Of a stretch of DNA of 64,000 nucleotides, positions 41,255 through 53,869 are shown one piece after another (positions within the stretch are counted from its first letter, which is position 1; every line of letters begins with the position of its first letter). The notes under the pieces are model-generated. The model was not told where the DNA came from, searched no databases, and worked only from the letters and a program-made list of their open reading frames with translations. The stretch is from positions 102,860,001 to 102,924,000 of the forward strand of contig NW_024704743.1 in the NCBI RefSeq assembly GCF_018977255.1, given 5' to 3'. The position numbers and the translations under genes were made by a program. Source of the stretch: Callorhinchus milii (Eukaryota).

Positions 41255-41580
41255 TGTGGAGTCCGTAGCTCAGTGGTTAGAGCACTCGCCTCGCAAGCGA
41301 CAGACCTGTGTTGGATTCCCGGCAGGGCGAAACCTTGGGCAAGTTTCCTTACTCCACACGACTAATAGTAATCCCTCAAGAAAAAAACAATAAAAAATTG
41401 ATCACTTGAATCCATGACTGTTTGTGGGACACTGCTGTGTGCAATTGACTGCCACATTTGGTCCACAAATATACAGTCAATTCACTTTACAGTATATTCT
41501 GTGAAACACTTTGAGACGTCTAGAAGACATGAAAAGCGCTATATCAGATGCAAGGATTATTATTATTATGATTATTGTTA
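41255..41580 (+). mobile_element. Short-form tRNA/Deu SINE, full length
   Basis: Head with CTCGCAA loop, core and (TTA)n tail. Confidence 0.9.
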
Positions 41581-41919
41581 TTGAGTATCTGCGAGAGGTC
41601 ACCCAGTGGCGATTAACTGGTTGGAGACCCCTGGCCTAGATGATATGAGTTCAAAATCCTGACATGAGGCTTGAACTTACAATCTTTTAACTCAGAGGCA
41701 AGAGTGTGGGGCAACTGAGGCAGGCTGACACAGCTGGGATGTTATTTGCTGGTGCAGCAAGCTCAAAATACGTGAGAAAACTTTCCTCTTTGAGTGTGCC
41801 TTCTCTTTCCAGCTCGGCATCCAGCCACACTACTGTTAAAAGCTCCGAGACATTGCCCATGCGAAGGATGCTAAATATATTTGCAAGCTATTGTTTGCGA
41901 GTCCAAAACAAGGGGGCAT

Positions 41920-42370
41920 AAAACAAGATGGACAGGAGCAGATATAAAACAGATTTATGAGGAAATTCTTACATAGAGGGTGGTGAAAGAATATAATATT
42001 AATAATTCTTAAAGCGCCTTATCAAGTCACCAAGATGTCTCAAAGTGCTTCACAAGATATACTGTAAAGTGGATTGACTATATTTTGTGGGCAAGATGGA
42101 GCAGACAGTTTGTCCACAGCATTATCCCACAAATAGCCATAGAGTGAGTGACCAATTTTATTTGGGGATTTATTGACCAGAAATGTGGAATTCACTAACA
42201 AAAGCTATGGTTAAAGCATTTTGTATTAATGTATTTAAGAGGAAACCTGATGTATTCATGAGGGAGAAGGGAATAGAGGGCTTTAGGAGAGTGAATTAGG
42301 AGGAGTGGGGGCTCATGTTGAGAGTAAACACTAATAGTTTCTGTGCTATATAATTCTTTGTAATTCTATG
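41920..42370 (+). mobile_element. CR1 3' fragment interrupted by a minus SINE 3' half (about 41995-42180)
   Basis: atagagggtggtgaa|...|aatgtggaattcact continuity; tail aattctatg. Confidence 0.65.
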
Positions 42371-42794
42371 CGTTATCAAATATATTTTGAATCATCACAC
42401 GTTTTTCGCCTCTATTCCTAGACCCTGATATTCATCCAACTTTTGACTGCTAGTTGGGCCTAAAGATTTCTGCACAACCATGGATTTCAATTGCTGGTTC
42501 CGTATAGTTTCTTGGAATTCTGACTTAACTCATTGAGTATCCCATAAAACTGTGCAGGAACAGGAACAGCAGCTCTGGAATAGGAACAATGATTGGAGCT
42601 GTTAATGGAAAATCAAATTGGCGACACAGAAATCTTAGAACTGGCTTTGGATCCATCTAGTAAACAACAAAAAATTACATTTATATAGCACCTTTCACAT
42701 CGGGAGGATGTGCAAAATAATACTGGCTGGGGACTCAAGCTGGGGGTGGGAGCTGAAGGGTGGGGAAAGATGACTCAGAGCTTTGGCAAGGAGA

Positions 42795-43106
42795 TAATAA
42801 TAATAATAATCCTTGCATTTGATATAGTGCTTTTCACATCTTCTAGACGACTCAAAGCGCTTCACAGAATATACTGTAAAGTGAGTTGACTGTATATTTG
42901 TGGGTGAAACGTAGCAGCCAATTGCGCACAGCAGTGTCCCACAAACAGTCATGAATTGAAATGGTCAATTTATTTTTCTTTCTTAAGGGATTATTATCAG
43001 GCGTGTGGAGTAAGGAAACTTGCCCAAGGTTTCGCCCTGCCGGGAATCGAACCCAGGTCTTTCACTTGCAACGCGAGTGCTCTAACCACTGAGCTATAGG
43101 ACTCCA
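42795..43106 (-). mobile_element. Short-form tRNA/Deu SINE, full length
   Basis: Reverse complement of the 15543 type. Confidence 0.9.
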
Positions 43107-43117
43107 TGATCGTCGTT

Positions 43118-43330
43118 GAACGAGGTGAAGGAAGGAGAGAGGAAATGAGGTGAGGGATGGAACAAGGTGAAGGAAGGAGGGAACAAGGTGAGGGAGGGAC
43201 CAAGGTGAGGGAGGGAGAGTACAAGGTGAGGAGGGAACGAATAAGGTGAGGCAGGGAGCAAGGGAATTATGTGAGGAAGGGAGCAACGTGAGGTGAGGGA
43301 GGGGGCGAGGGAATGAGGTGAGGAAGGAAG
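43118..43330. repeat. Purine-rich degenerate minisatellite (about 10 units anchored on aggtga, about 18-27 bp each)
   Basis: Repeated acaaggtgagggaggg-like units. Confidence 0.8.
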
Positions 43331-44435
43331 TCTTGAGGAGGGAAGACTTGTTAGATTCATATGTATGACTCACCTTTAGAAATAGATGGAAAAATCCAAT
43401 GTTCTACAGATTGAATACAATAATTGTCGATTTTGTTTGAAACAGCTTTTATTTTCCCACCATGTGTAACATATAAGTGTTTGGGTGTTTTTTTAATTTG
43501 TGAATGAAATTTAATTTCCACAAAAGCATCTCAAATTAACTTGGCTACAACTGACATGGCACTACTAAAAAAAAATCTTGTTTAAGTCTTTAGGCTGATT
43601 AAACAGACTTCTTTTCCATCTGCGCAAAAGTAATTTATTGATCTAGCAGAATCCTCTGGCGATCAGCATATGTTCTCAGTAATTACAAATACACAGTTAG
43701 ATGCCAGAATTGCTGTTTTATTTTGTTGTTTTTGTTTCTGTTTTGTTCCTATTGAAAATCTACTTTTTGTGTAAGAAAATATACCCATTATAACATTTCA
43801 AAGTTTCTATTTCCAAAAAAACAAACACAAAGGAAACAGTTTAAAAATCCATGATTATATTTTGCAGAGGTCTCTAAGCTCCTTAGCAAAAACTATTATA
43901 CAGGATTTTATTATTTTTAAAATAGTATTTTGCCTATGTAGCAACATTCACTTCATTTCAAATATTCTTATTTTCTACTTTTTTAATATGAACCCAGTAT
44001 ATGAAAGTAAATTGTTGGTAAATTGATAGATTAATAAATCCCAAGACAAAATAAACGTGTTTAATATATGACAGTACAATCACTTAGTAGTCTACGATCC
44101 TACCCACTTACTTACCTATTGAATAAATCTAACTACTTTGTTTCACCCACAAAATATGCAGTAAATTTACTTTACAGTATATTCTATGAAGTGCTTTGAG
44201 ATGTCTCAAAGACGTGATAAGGCACTATATCAAATGCAAGGAATATTATTATGATATTGAGCTAACTGTTTCCAAAAAATGGCAGTAATACAAGGTTCAG
44301 ATGGTAGTATTCTCACTTCTGAATCAGAACATTGTGGATTCAAGCTCCACATCAAGACTTCGAGCTCACAGCCTAGGCTCATGCTGCAGTGTAATGCTGG
44401 TGTGCCCAGCATTGTATCGGAGTGTCAGTCTAGAT

Positions 44436-45041
44436 CAGAGATCCTCAAACTATGGGGCGCACCAATCTGGGGAGACGTGGACATTTGCCAGGGGAGGCGC
44501 CAGTTGCATACATCCCAACAGTTCCAGGTTTGCGAGACTGGTCCTGTACCTCACCAAAGCCATACCCCCGACAGCCAAAACCTATGACATTGCTTCCCGC
44601 GACAACCATATCCTGTGACAATGCTTCCCAAACCTGGAGATAATGCTTTCCATAACAACCAAACTCCAAACAAGCTCACTCCTCCTACTGAATAGGTAGA
44701 ACTGATGGATATTATACTGACGTAATCTATAATTGTTTGGTGTTATAATTTCCTAAAATGTTATTCAGTTTTATTTTAGCTGCTGCAATTTGTATTCTTT
44801 TTGTATTTGGTTAACTGTGAGATAACACAGAAGGTGCATTATGAAATAAAATGAGTATTTTTGACACTCATACTCTTAATATAACTAGATTGATCAAAGC
44901 CCTTTTGCTTTATTACTCGCATTCTGGCAAAGTATAGGATTTTTAGTAATTTGTGTTGTCTTTGTAAACTATGGGAAAGCGCAATTGTGTTTTATTCCTT
45001 AGCTTAGGGAAGCTCACTGTGACAAAGTTTGAGAACTCCTA
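44436..45041. mobile_element. Non-autonomous hAT-Charlie-like element, about 606 bp, inserted in a SINE head
   Basis: TIRs cagagatcctcaaact / agtttgagaactccta; 8-bp TSD gtctagat / gtctggac; host SINE continues across the site. Confidence 0.65.
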
Positions 45042-45407
45042 GTCTGGACTATGTGTGTTCCAAGTCCCAACATGGGACTTGAACCCATAACCTACTGACT
45101 CAGGCGAGAGTGCAACCAACTGAACCAGAATGACACCTGAAATGTGCAGGTGAAGACGTAAGTGACATCTTTGGGGGGAGCTCAACAATTCAGGGATTCA
45201 CTGAAAGAATATGCAAGACTTAAAGATTTCATATTTCAGTCAGCCCCTTCCTTACCTCGACGGGCTCACATGTGCTTAAATTCTTGAATATTTTTATTGA
45301 AATAAAATATTTACGAAGCAATACATGGTGTTTAGATATTCAAAGTAATATTTTTGCAGCCTCAGGGTTGAAAGAACAAGAAAAACATAAGCTCTACTCC
45401 TGCTATC

Positions 45408-45775
45408 GTCCTGTAGCTCAGTGGTTAGAGCACTTGCCTCGCAAGAGAGAGACCTGGATTTGATTCCCGGCAAGACGTAATGTTGGGAAAGTTTCCTTAT
45501 TCCACACCCCTCTGTTTACCTAGCAATAAGTAGGAACCTGGTTGTTAGTTGATTGGCGGATTGCTTTTCTGGGGGTAATAATTTCTTAACAAAATTTTAA
45601 AGATAGTAAATTGGTCAATTCAATCCAAGACTGTTTGCGGATCACTGCTGTGCACAATTGGCTGCCATGTTTTGCCCCAAAAATAGTCAATTCACTTTAC
45701 AGTTTATTCTGTGAAGCCCTTTGAGATGTCTCAAAGACGTGATAGCTATATCAAATGCAAGGATTATTATTATTA
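45408..45775 (+). mobile_element. Long-form tRNA/Deu SINE
   Basis: Head, central insert, core and tail present. Confidence 0.88.
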
Positions 45776-46749
45776 CTCCCCTTCATGATTCACCAAAGAA
45801 TCCCAGCTTTCACAGTGAAATAAAACTTTTTTTAAAAACTTGTTTCATCCACATCCTTATTTTTATCTGGAATTTAATTCTAACTTCAAATAGTAATAAT
45901 AATAATCTGTGTGACCTTTTCCTACCCCACTCCTTTGTTCACACCCTACATTTGGCTAACTTGGCCTTTTCCCTATCCTTTAACTCCATCAGTCGTCAAG
46001 CCTTCAGCCACTGTTCCCTAACCTCTGGAATACCTTCCCTTTGCTTCTCTATCTCAACCCCTTTGTATCTAGCTCTTAAATCGACCCCAAAACACTACCT
46101 CTTCAGCTGCGGCTATCAGTCACCTCGCCTTCCCCTACCTTGCTCATGATCCAACCCTGTCTCGTGGAATGCTCTGAAATATAATCCTACTTAAAAGGTA
46201 CAATGTAAAAGGCACACATTTTTGTTGTTGTCATTGTGTCACCCAGGGGCGGAGCTGAGGTCGGGGGAAGGGGGGTGCCAAATGCCCTTTGTCTCTCCTA
46301 GACAGATTGTCACACTGTGTTTGTCCTGTGAACCTCTTGCAGCCCAGTCAGAGTGGCAATGGCATATCTTGGGAGCAGGTTATCCTCTTGACTGGAGAAA
46401 ACAAAAGGATATGTGGGAAGAGAGGTGGGCGAGTTGAAGGAAAACATATTAACAGCTTTAAAAATTGTACTTACCACCAGAAAGAAAATAATAGAGACAA
46501 AAACGCAAAGACAGAGGGAAAGAAAAACAAACTAAAGTTCAGTGAATGAAAGAAGGAATGCAATGTATTTGCCAACAACTTTTCACCTGCAGTTCCCAAA
46601 CTCTAGCCAGAGGTATAATTCTTGCAGTCCATAAGTTAACCACAGCATCAAATATATCTTGGCTGTTTTATTTTGGAAACTTTTATAATTTGCTCCACAT
46701 CTGTAGTGGATTTTGCAGTTTTTAAAATATTTACAATTTTAACTTTTCT

Positions 46750-47150
46750 AATAATAACCCTTACTTTCGACATAGAACTTTAGCACATTGTCAAAATGTC
46801 TCAAAGTGCTTCACAGGATTTTACTGTAAATGTAATGGATATATCTGAAATAAGTTTTACAGTCAACTTGCACACAGCAATGTCCTACAAACAGCCATAA
46901 AGTGAATGATCAATTTTATTTGGAGGATTGTTGATCAGGGCATCAAAAAAAACTCAACTATTCTCTTTTCGACTAGCTGAACAGGGAGACGGACCTCGGT
47001 TTAACATCTCATCCAAAGGATAGCACCTCCAACAATACAGTGGTCTCCATATTATATTGAATGACAGCCTACTTTGAGCTCAAAGAGCCAAATTGGGTCT
47101 TGAACCCACAACCACAGTGGCATGAGTTCCACTGACAAGTAACTGAACTG
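46750..47150 (-). mobile_element. Older Deu SINE, near full length
   Basis: Reverse complement of the 23280 type. Confidence 0.75.
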
Positions 47151-49364
47151 AACACAAGACCTTTTCTGAGATAGGTGAAAGGCATGTTTATTTCAGCTTC
47201 CAGGATAAAACTGTACCAAAATTGAGCAGGGAGATTTGTTTTTCCAGTTATCTGAACAAATATGATCTCATCTCATCATAACTATAGTTGAAAATGTCAT
47301 TTTGTATGCTAAGACCAAAGATGTTTAACACGGTGTATTTTTAAGGGAAGCCTAATTGAGTTTTGCCTTATAGTATTGTTGGGTTATGTTTTGCCTTTCT
47401 GTTTTTATAAATAAACTTAGCTTTGCCTTGACTGGAAACATTTGGTTTGTCTTGTGTTTGCACTATTCAAAGAGACTTTGAATGTAGCTTGAGACAACAT
47501 ATGCAGAATATGTGGTGTGGATTAAGTGTTAATTTCTTGGGAATACAATGTTGCTGGGGCAGAATAGTAAAAAAGCAAAAAACCCAGGTCATGAGTCCAC
47601 TGCTGGAACACGTGCAGAAACCCATGGACATAGTAGCAACTGTTACATAGCCTTACATATTCAATCTGCATTTGTTGTTGAGAAATGGTTGACCTCCAGC
47701 AGAACCTGAACATACAATCTGGGATACTCTTGTCAACTTGAATTTGACAATTTGGAACTAAGTAAACAGAGTGTGTCCTTGCAGGGAAAGAGTACATATT
47801 CAATTGCAGATACAAGGACATTTTCATGTGTAGGAGGCAACCACATGTGGCGCTATTACTCTGGTTTGGATACTCTTAAACATGGTGATGGGTTTCTACA
47901 AGTTCTACAGGTGTCAGACACCTGACCGACCAAAAGCAAAAATAATGTAGTATGCCTAAACCGAATATCTGCAGAGAAACCCTTGCATGGCATTTCAATG
48001 AAAATCTTTGAGTGAAATTTCCCAGTTTTTGCCAATTTGCCAAGTTGAATTAAGGATAGTTGTGTCAGGGACTCATGTCTGCTGGGAACTCAACTGAAAC
48101 TGAATTAAATCTGTCCAAAGTCATTTTACCTGTATCTTAACAGCTAAGAAAAATAGTAATCGTTAAGTCCATCAGTCCAGCACAGGCTGAATTCCAACCT
48201 AGGTCTCAAAGTTGAAACTACAGTGTGCATATCCACTGCTTTGCACAATGTTACTTGCTTCAAGGAAATATTTCTTTCATGCAGTGGGTGGTGAGAGTGT
48301 TGAATTTACTCAGGCAGTCAATTGAAAAATTTAGAAAGGTAAATAGATAAATACTTGATAAACAGGGTACGAAGGGATGTAGAGAGTAGACAAGGGAGAA
48401 AAGTAAAAAAGTATGATATACATATTGCAAACATCTACATTGCAACAGCACAGACTTGTGGTGCTTACAAGCTTCAACAAATACTCTGCAGAGCTTCCCT
48501 GGGTATACCTGATTCATAACTATTCAGCATTGTTCTGTTGCCAGTGTTACATTTCAGTTACAAATACTCAGCAGAGAAGGAATCAAAGATGGCTCACAAC
48601 TGCTCATTAACTACTGATGTGGCATTTACAATCCAAGGAGAACACCTCGCCTGAAGCCATAGTAATTTGTCTGCTCCAGTGTTTGCTGAGCAAAATGAAT
48701 ACTAAAGAAAGTTCCACAGTGAACCCGAATGAACACAAATATTGTAGTTTTGAAAGCTGCATGAAAACGAGCACACACACAGGAACGTTATGTACCCTTC
48801 ATAACTGGGATTGTTACCAATGCCATGTCCTAATTTTTACTGAGGACATTTCTTAGCCTGCAAAATATTCCTTAGTTATTGTTGTTGATAATTAAGAAAC
48901 TGAATGCATTTAGGAATTTCACAATTTTGACCCCAACATTTCAATGGCAAGCAGATGTGAAAATGCTTATGGTTTTCTTCTGGTTTTGAATGTTGTTTAT
49001 TATCATAGACAACACACCTAGTGTAAATGGCAACCACCTCCGATGTTTTGCAGCCAAGGTATGTGCTGCAATACTAATTCAAGTTATTGATAGGCTCATG
49101 TGTATCTCCGTCTTGGGAAGAAATTGTTTCACATTTGCCAGAAAGAAATATTCAGCTATCAATACTGAACTAAAGGAACAGTAAAAAGAAATTGCTTTAA
49201 TTTCCTTCAACCAGTGAAGCTGTCGGTGAAAATCATCACGACCCTCAAAGTATTAGGATATAAAATACAATAGTCCACTGCCTTTCCATGTAAAAAAATC
49301 ATAGACTGAAGGTAACAACAGGGTTTTACCTGTTTTTTTAATCTGCTTCTGCAATTCTGTGCTA

Positions 49365-49580
49365 AAGCCATCTGGAACTCCCTTCCTCACTCCCTTCGTC
49401 TCGCTCCCTCTCTTCCTATTTTCAGGTCTCTGCTGAAGATCTTTCTTTTCGACCGCACCTTTGGTCACCTTCTTCCCCCTCCCCCTGGCTCGGCCCCGGG
49501 ATCCATTACTGTGAAGCGCTTTGAGACGCCGTCCAGTGTGGAGGGCGCTATAAAAATCCAAGTTGTTGTTGTTGTTGTTG
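49365..49580 (+). mobile_element. L2 3' end (second tail subfamily)
   Basis: tctggaactcccttcc...gtgaagcgctttgagacg...(gtt)n. Confidence 0.8.
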
Positions 49581-49959
49581 CCTATCTGGCTGTGTTATAT
49601 TTTATGTGTATACTCTAACCACAATACTATAAAGGTTCAGAAACAGTAAGAAAACCTAAAAGTTGAATTGTAGATGGTGTCAAAACAACATCAAAATTAT
49701 GTAGGATGATTGGAGGTTACCAGAAAGTTATGAGATTTGATTATTCTGAGGATTTTATAAGTGTAAAGCTGAAGCTCGAGCAGTTTACAATAAATAGCAG
49801 AAAAAAGTGTATTAAATTACTGCCTTCTGCTCAGTGACAGCTATTTGCTGCTCTTGATTGGGGACAGAGAATCTTCCCACTCAGCTCCTAACCTTCTAAG
49901 ATAAAGTCCTCAGGTGATCCTAACTGGATAATTAACAGGAATCTTATCAGATATTGCTC

Positions 49960-50200
49960 ACAGTGGTAAGCTATGAAGTTTGAGCTTATTAAACTTCACA
50001 GAACCCCAACACACATCCTGTGGTCCCAAAACCTTTATTCTCACCTTAACATTTTCCAGAACTGGGTAAGCTTGGTGCATCCCTTCAGACACAGAGCAAT
50101 TTCCTTATATAAGTGGGACATACATTGAACTCTGGTTTGGGTACTGTTAAACATGGTAATGGGTTCCAACATATGTCAGATACCTGGCTGACCAAAATAA
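49960..50200 (+). repeat. Most complete copy of an unclassified interspersed repeat; about 9 fragments in the window
   Basis: Shares blocks with 289-335, 3065-3245, 13895-13962, 24776-24830/25260-25430, 35400-35560, 36860-37040, 47780-47940, 51045-51160 and 61685-61858. Confidence 0.7.
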
Positions 50201-52224
50201 ATCCATTGAACGTAATAAACATGAAAGAACTTGAAAACTAATGAATTAAGAGATTGAAAGTAAATAACTAAATAAAATACTATTTTTAATTGTCAGTTAA
50301 GCAGAAAATTAGTTATACGAAACATGCATAAATAATTCATAGATACGGTAATAATTGTGACTATGTTCAAATTACTCTGTCCTGTGAGCCATTAACAGCT
50401 ATTTCACATTTAGCTTCAAGAGATTCTATTGATGCTGCAAGTGTGCGTAATGTTAATTCCTAATTTAAATCTTTTAGCATTTCAATCTCTGAGTTTTCCA
50501 AGAAAATGTCCGTGATACCAAACCAGTCACTAACACATAAAATGATACTTACACTGTGGAAACAAATGACAGAGATAAGATTTCCATTGGTTAGGTTAGT
50601 TATGCATGGATCCACAGATGGCATAAATAGAAGACTTTAGCATTAAAACTCTTTAAAAAAACATAAAATAAATGAACATGTAGTAAGGGAAAAGTAATTT
50701 CAAGCATGGGGTGATTGGACTAAAACATGGTCTCTATATCAGAGAATGTGACATGTGAGAATGTGAAGTTTTATAAAATAAATAGTTGTTATAGGTTTAG
50801 ACAAAAGCATCTAATAGTATAAATACTATTGAGTAAATAATAGCTTCACCAATATTGCTCCTTTGCAGAAATTAGTTAAGCTCATTTGCTCTGCATCGAG
50901 GACATAAATTTTGCAGTTTTAGTATTTATTGTTGAACATACACCAATACCCCAATTAAAGTGCCTACAAGATGAAAGATTTTCAGAATGTTTCTACTTGT
51001 TCAATGAAATGGAAGGGCTTGGATTAAGTATGAGACTATGCTCATTCCATTCATTCTTCTTCTGGGAGAGAGTGCTCATTCCATTGCAGATATGGAGAAA
51101 CCTCCACATATAGGTGGCAGACATATGTGAAACACTTGGTCTGGTTCGGATTCTCTTCAGCACAGCATGTTTCATATATGCGAAAATCACCCTCAACATA
51201 GTAAAGATGCGCAACTTATTGTAACTATATGAAGAAATTTCTGTGTTTGCTTCGCTAACATGGACTTAGAATAGGATTGCTAATTTAGCTGTAAGCAAAA
51301 TATTTCACTCTAAATGTTTCACAGTAAATAAATCAGCTTCTTTGAATCCATGTCCTTGAATTACACATTCAAAATACGGTGTGCAGACTGGCTGGTTACT
51401 GTTACAAAATATAGTGGTGAAAATATGAACTTTTACATGTTAATTAATATTGGTCAATACTGGATAACCAATAAATATGGGTTAAGAATGTGGCCAGCGT
51501 TTTAATTATTAGCTGGTCTGTGGATGTGACAAGCCCCTGTCACAGTTGTCTCTCTACACATTGATTGTCATTTTGCCTGCAGAATACATAGTCACTACAC
51601 TGCATAGTGAATCCTGTGAAGTGCTTTGAAACATCCTTCTGCCTTGAACATTTCTATATCAAATATTATACTACTATTAATAATAAATCTTGACATGTGG
51701 AAATTCTAGGACCAGCTCCTCAGCTGTTTAGTGGGTCTGCATATTGATATCAACTCAGTCACCTTTGCTGCTGATAAACAATGGTTCAAAGCATCTGGTA
51801 TGGAACTAGCAGTAAAGAGTAACATCACAAGCAGTTTGGCTTCAGCCATTATTCACTTCCTGAGGGTACAGGGGATGATAGCTCACTTACTGAGGGATGG
51901 TGATAACTCTGGAAAACTCTCCATCAATCCCTCCACCTTGTCCCCTCTCCTCTTTTGCAAATCCTGCCTTCCTTTTTGACTGTCCTCACGGTCACCTCCA
52001 CCACAACGCACCCCCCCCCACCCCCACCCCACCCACCGCCCGCAGGCTCGGAGTCAGACTCCACCACTGTTAAGCTCTCTGAGACTTTACCCTGCGTGGA
52101 GGGTGCTATATAAGTGCAAGTTGTTGTTAATAAATAGCTCGCTTCCTGAGGGTACAGAAGGTGATAAGTAGCTGACAAGAGTCAACTCAACAGCTTCCTC
52201 TATCTCAAAAAGAGTATTGGAGAA

Positions 52225-52555
52225 GGTTCTTGAGATGTCTCAAAGCACTTCACAAAATATACTGTAAAGTGGATTGACTGAACATTTTGTGGGCGAAATG
52301 TGGCAGCCATTTGTGCATAGCAGTGTCCCACAAACAGTTGGGGATGAGTAACCAAATTAATATTTTTTTTGAGAGAATTATTACCCCTAAGAAAACGATC
52401 TGCCAATTTACTACCAACCAGGTTCCAACTTACTAATAAACAGAGGCATGAGGAGTTAGGAAATTTGCCCAAGGTTTCGCCTTGCCTGGGAATCGATCCC
52501 GGGTTCTCTCGCTTGTGAGGCAAGTACTCTAACAACTAAGCTACAGGTCTCCACA
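52225..52555 (-). mobile_element. Long-form tRNA/Deu SINE lacking the extreme tail
   Basis: Reverse complement of the 45408 type. Confidence 0.85.
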
Positions 52556-52910
52556 ACTTTTCCTTTTTGGAGAATCTGCTTCTCGTTTGACTCCTCAGCC
52601 AGCCATGTTCATGCTCCTATTTCCCCTTGAAATGACCATTTACATAGGGCAGATGTTTCTCGATGGCAATTCTCACCTTGTTTTGTTTGCTCACCTCAGG
52701 TCAGAGCCTTGTTCTGAAAAAGAACAGCTTCTGAGTGACTGAACTCTGATCATCTGATTTTGACTCTGCCAGAGACGAATACTCAGAAAGAGAAATATTG
52801 TACTCTTAATGTGTTGGAACGAAACCCAATATGCAACCCCCATCCTTTAATTCAAGATCATGTAATTAAAGTGCTTCTGTGAAGTGTTTTGAGAAGTCTC
52901 AAAGACATAC

Positions 52911-53606
52911 AATCATAGAATCGTACATCACAAAAAGAGGTCATTCGGCCCACCGAGTCTGTGCCGGCTCTTTGGAAAGAGCAATGTAATATCAATCCTA
53001 CTCCCCAGCCTTTTCCCTATAACCCTGCAAATCCGTCCTCTTCAAATAGCCGTCCACCGCGTTTTTAAAAGTTGTTATTGAATTGGCGTCCACCACCCTT
53101 TCGGGCAATGCATTCCAGATTCGAACAACTCGCTGCGTGAAAAATTTTCTTCTCATCTCCCCTCTGCTTCTTTTAGAAACTATTTTAAATCTGTGACCTT
53201 GAGTCACCGACACACCCACCAGTGGAAACAGTTTTTCCCTTTCTAACCTATCAAATCCCCTCATGATTTTGAAAACCTCTATTAGGTCTCCTCTTAACTT
53301 TCTCTGCTCCAATGAGAATAATCCCAGCCTCTCTAGCCTTTCCTCATAATCAAGATCCCTCATTCCTGGTACCATCCTCATAAATCTCCTCTGCAACCTT
53401 TCCAATGCCTTAACATCCTTCCGACAGTGTGGTGCCCAGAACTGGGCACAGTATTCTAACTATATATATATTAAGGAGAAGAGCAATGGTCCCAATACCA
53501 ATCCCTGGGGGATGCCACTGTACACTTCCCTCCAGTCAGAAAAGCAACCGTTCACCACAACTCTCTGTTTTCTGTCTCCCAGCCAGTTCTGGATCCATGC
53601 TGCCAA
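52911..53606 (-). mobile_element. CR1 LINE 3' fragment with internal deletion
   Basis: ORF 52998..53405 ERLQRRFMRMVPG...LFSLEQRKLRGDLIEVFKIM...FFTQRVVRIWNALP. Confidence 0.92.
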
Positions 53607-53869
53607 GTAATAATGAACACTACACATATCTTAAACTATGCAGTGTTGTCATGGTCACAAGAGAGGAATTAAGTCCTGTAAAAATAAGCATAACTGTGTG
53701 TGGTGTTGTGCACTTGTAGATTTGCTCGTGAAACAAATATGCTTTTGTCATATTAAATCTTGATGATTGTTTAAAATTTTACAGAAAATAATTTGCCTGT
53801 TTTTGAATGCTAAAACCATACACCCAATTGATTATAATACCCTGGGCACATTAATAGTATTAATAATAA

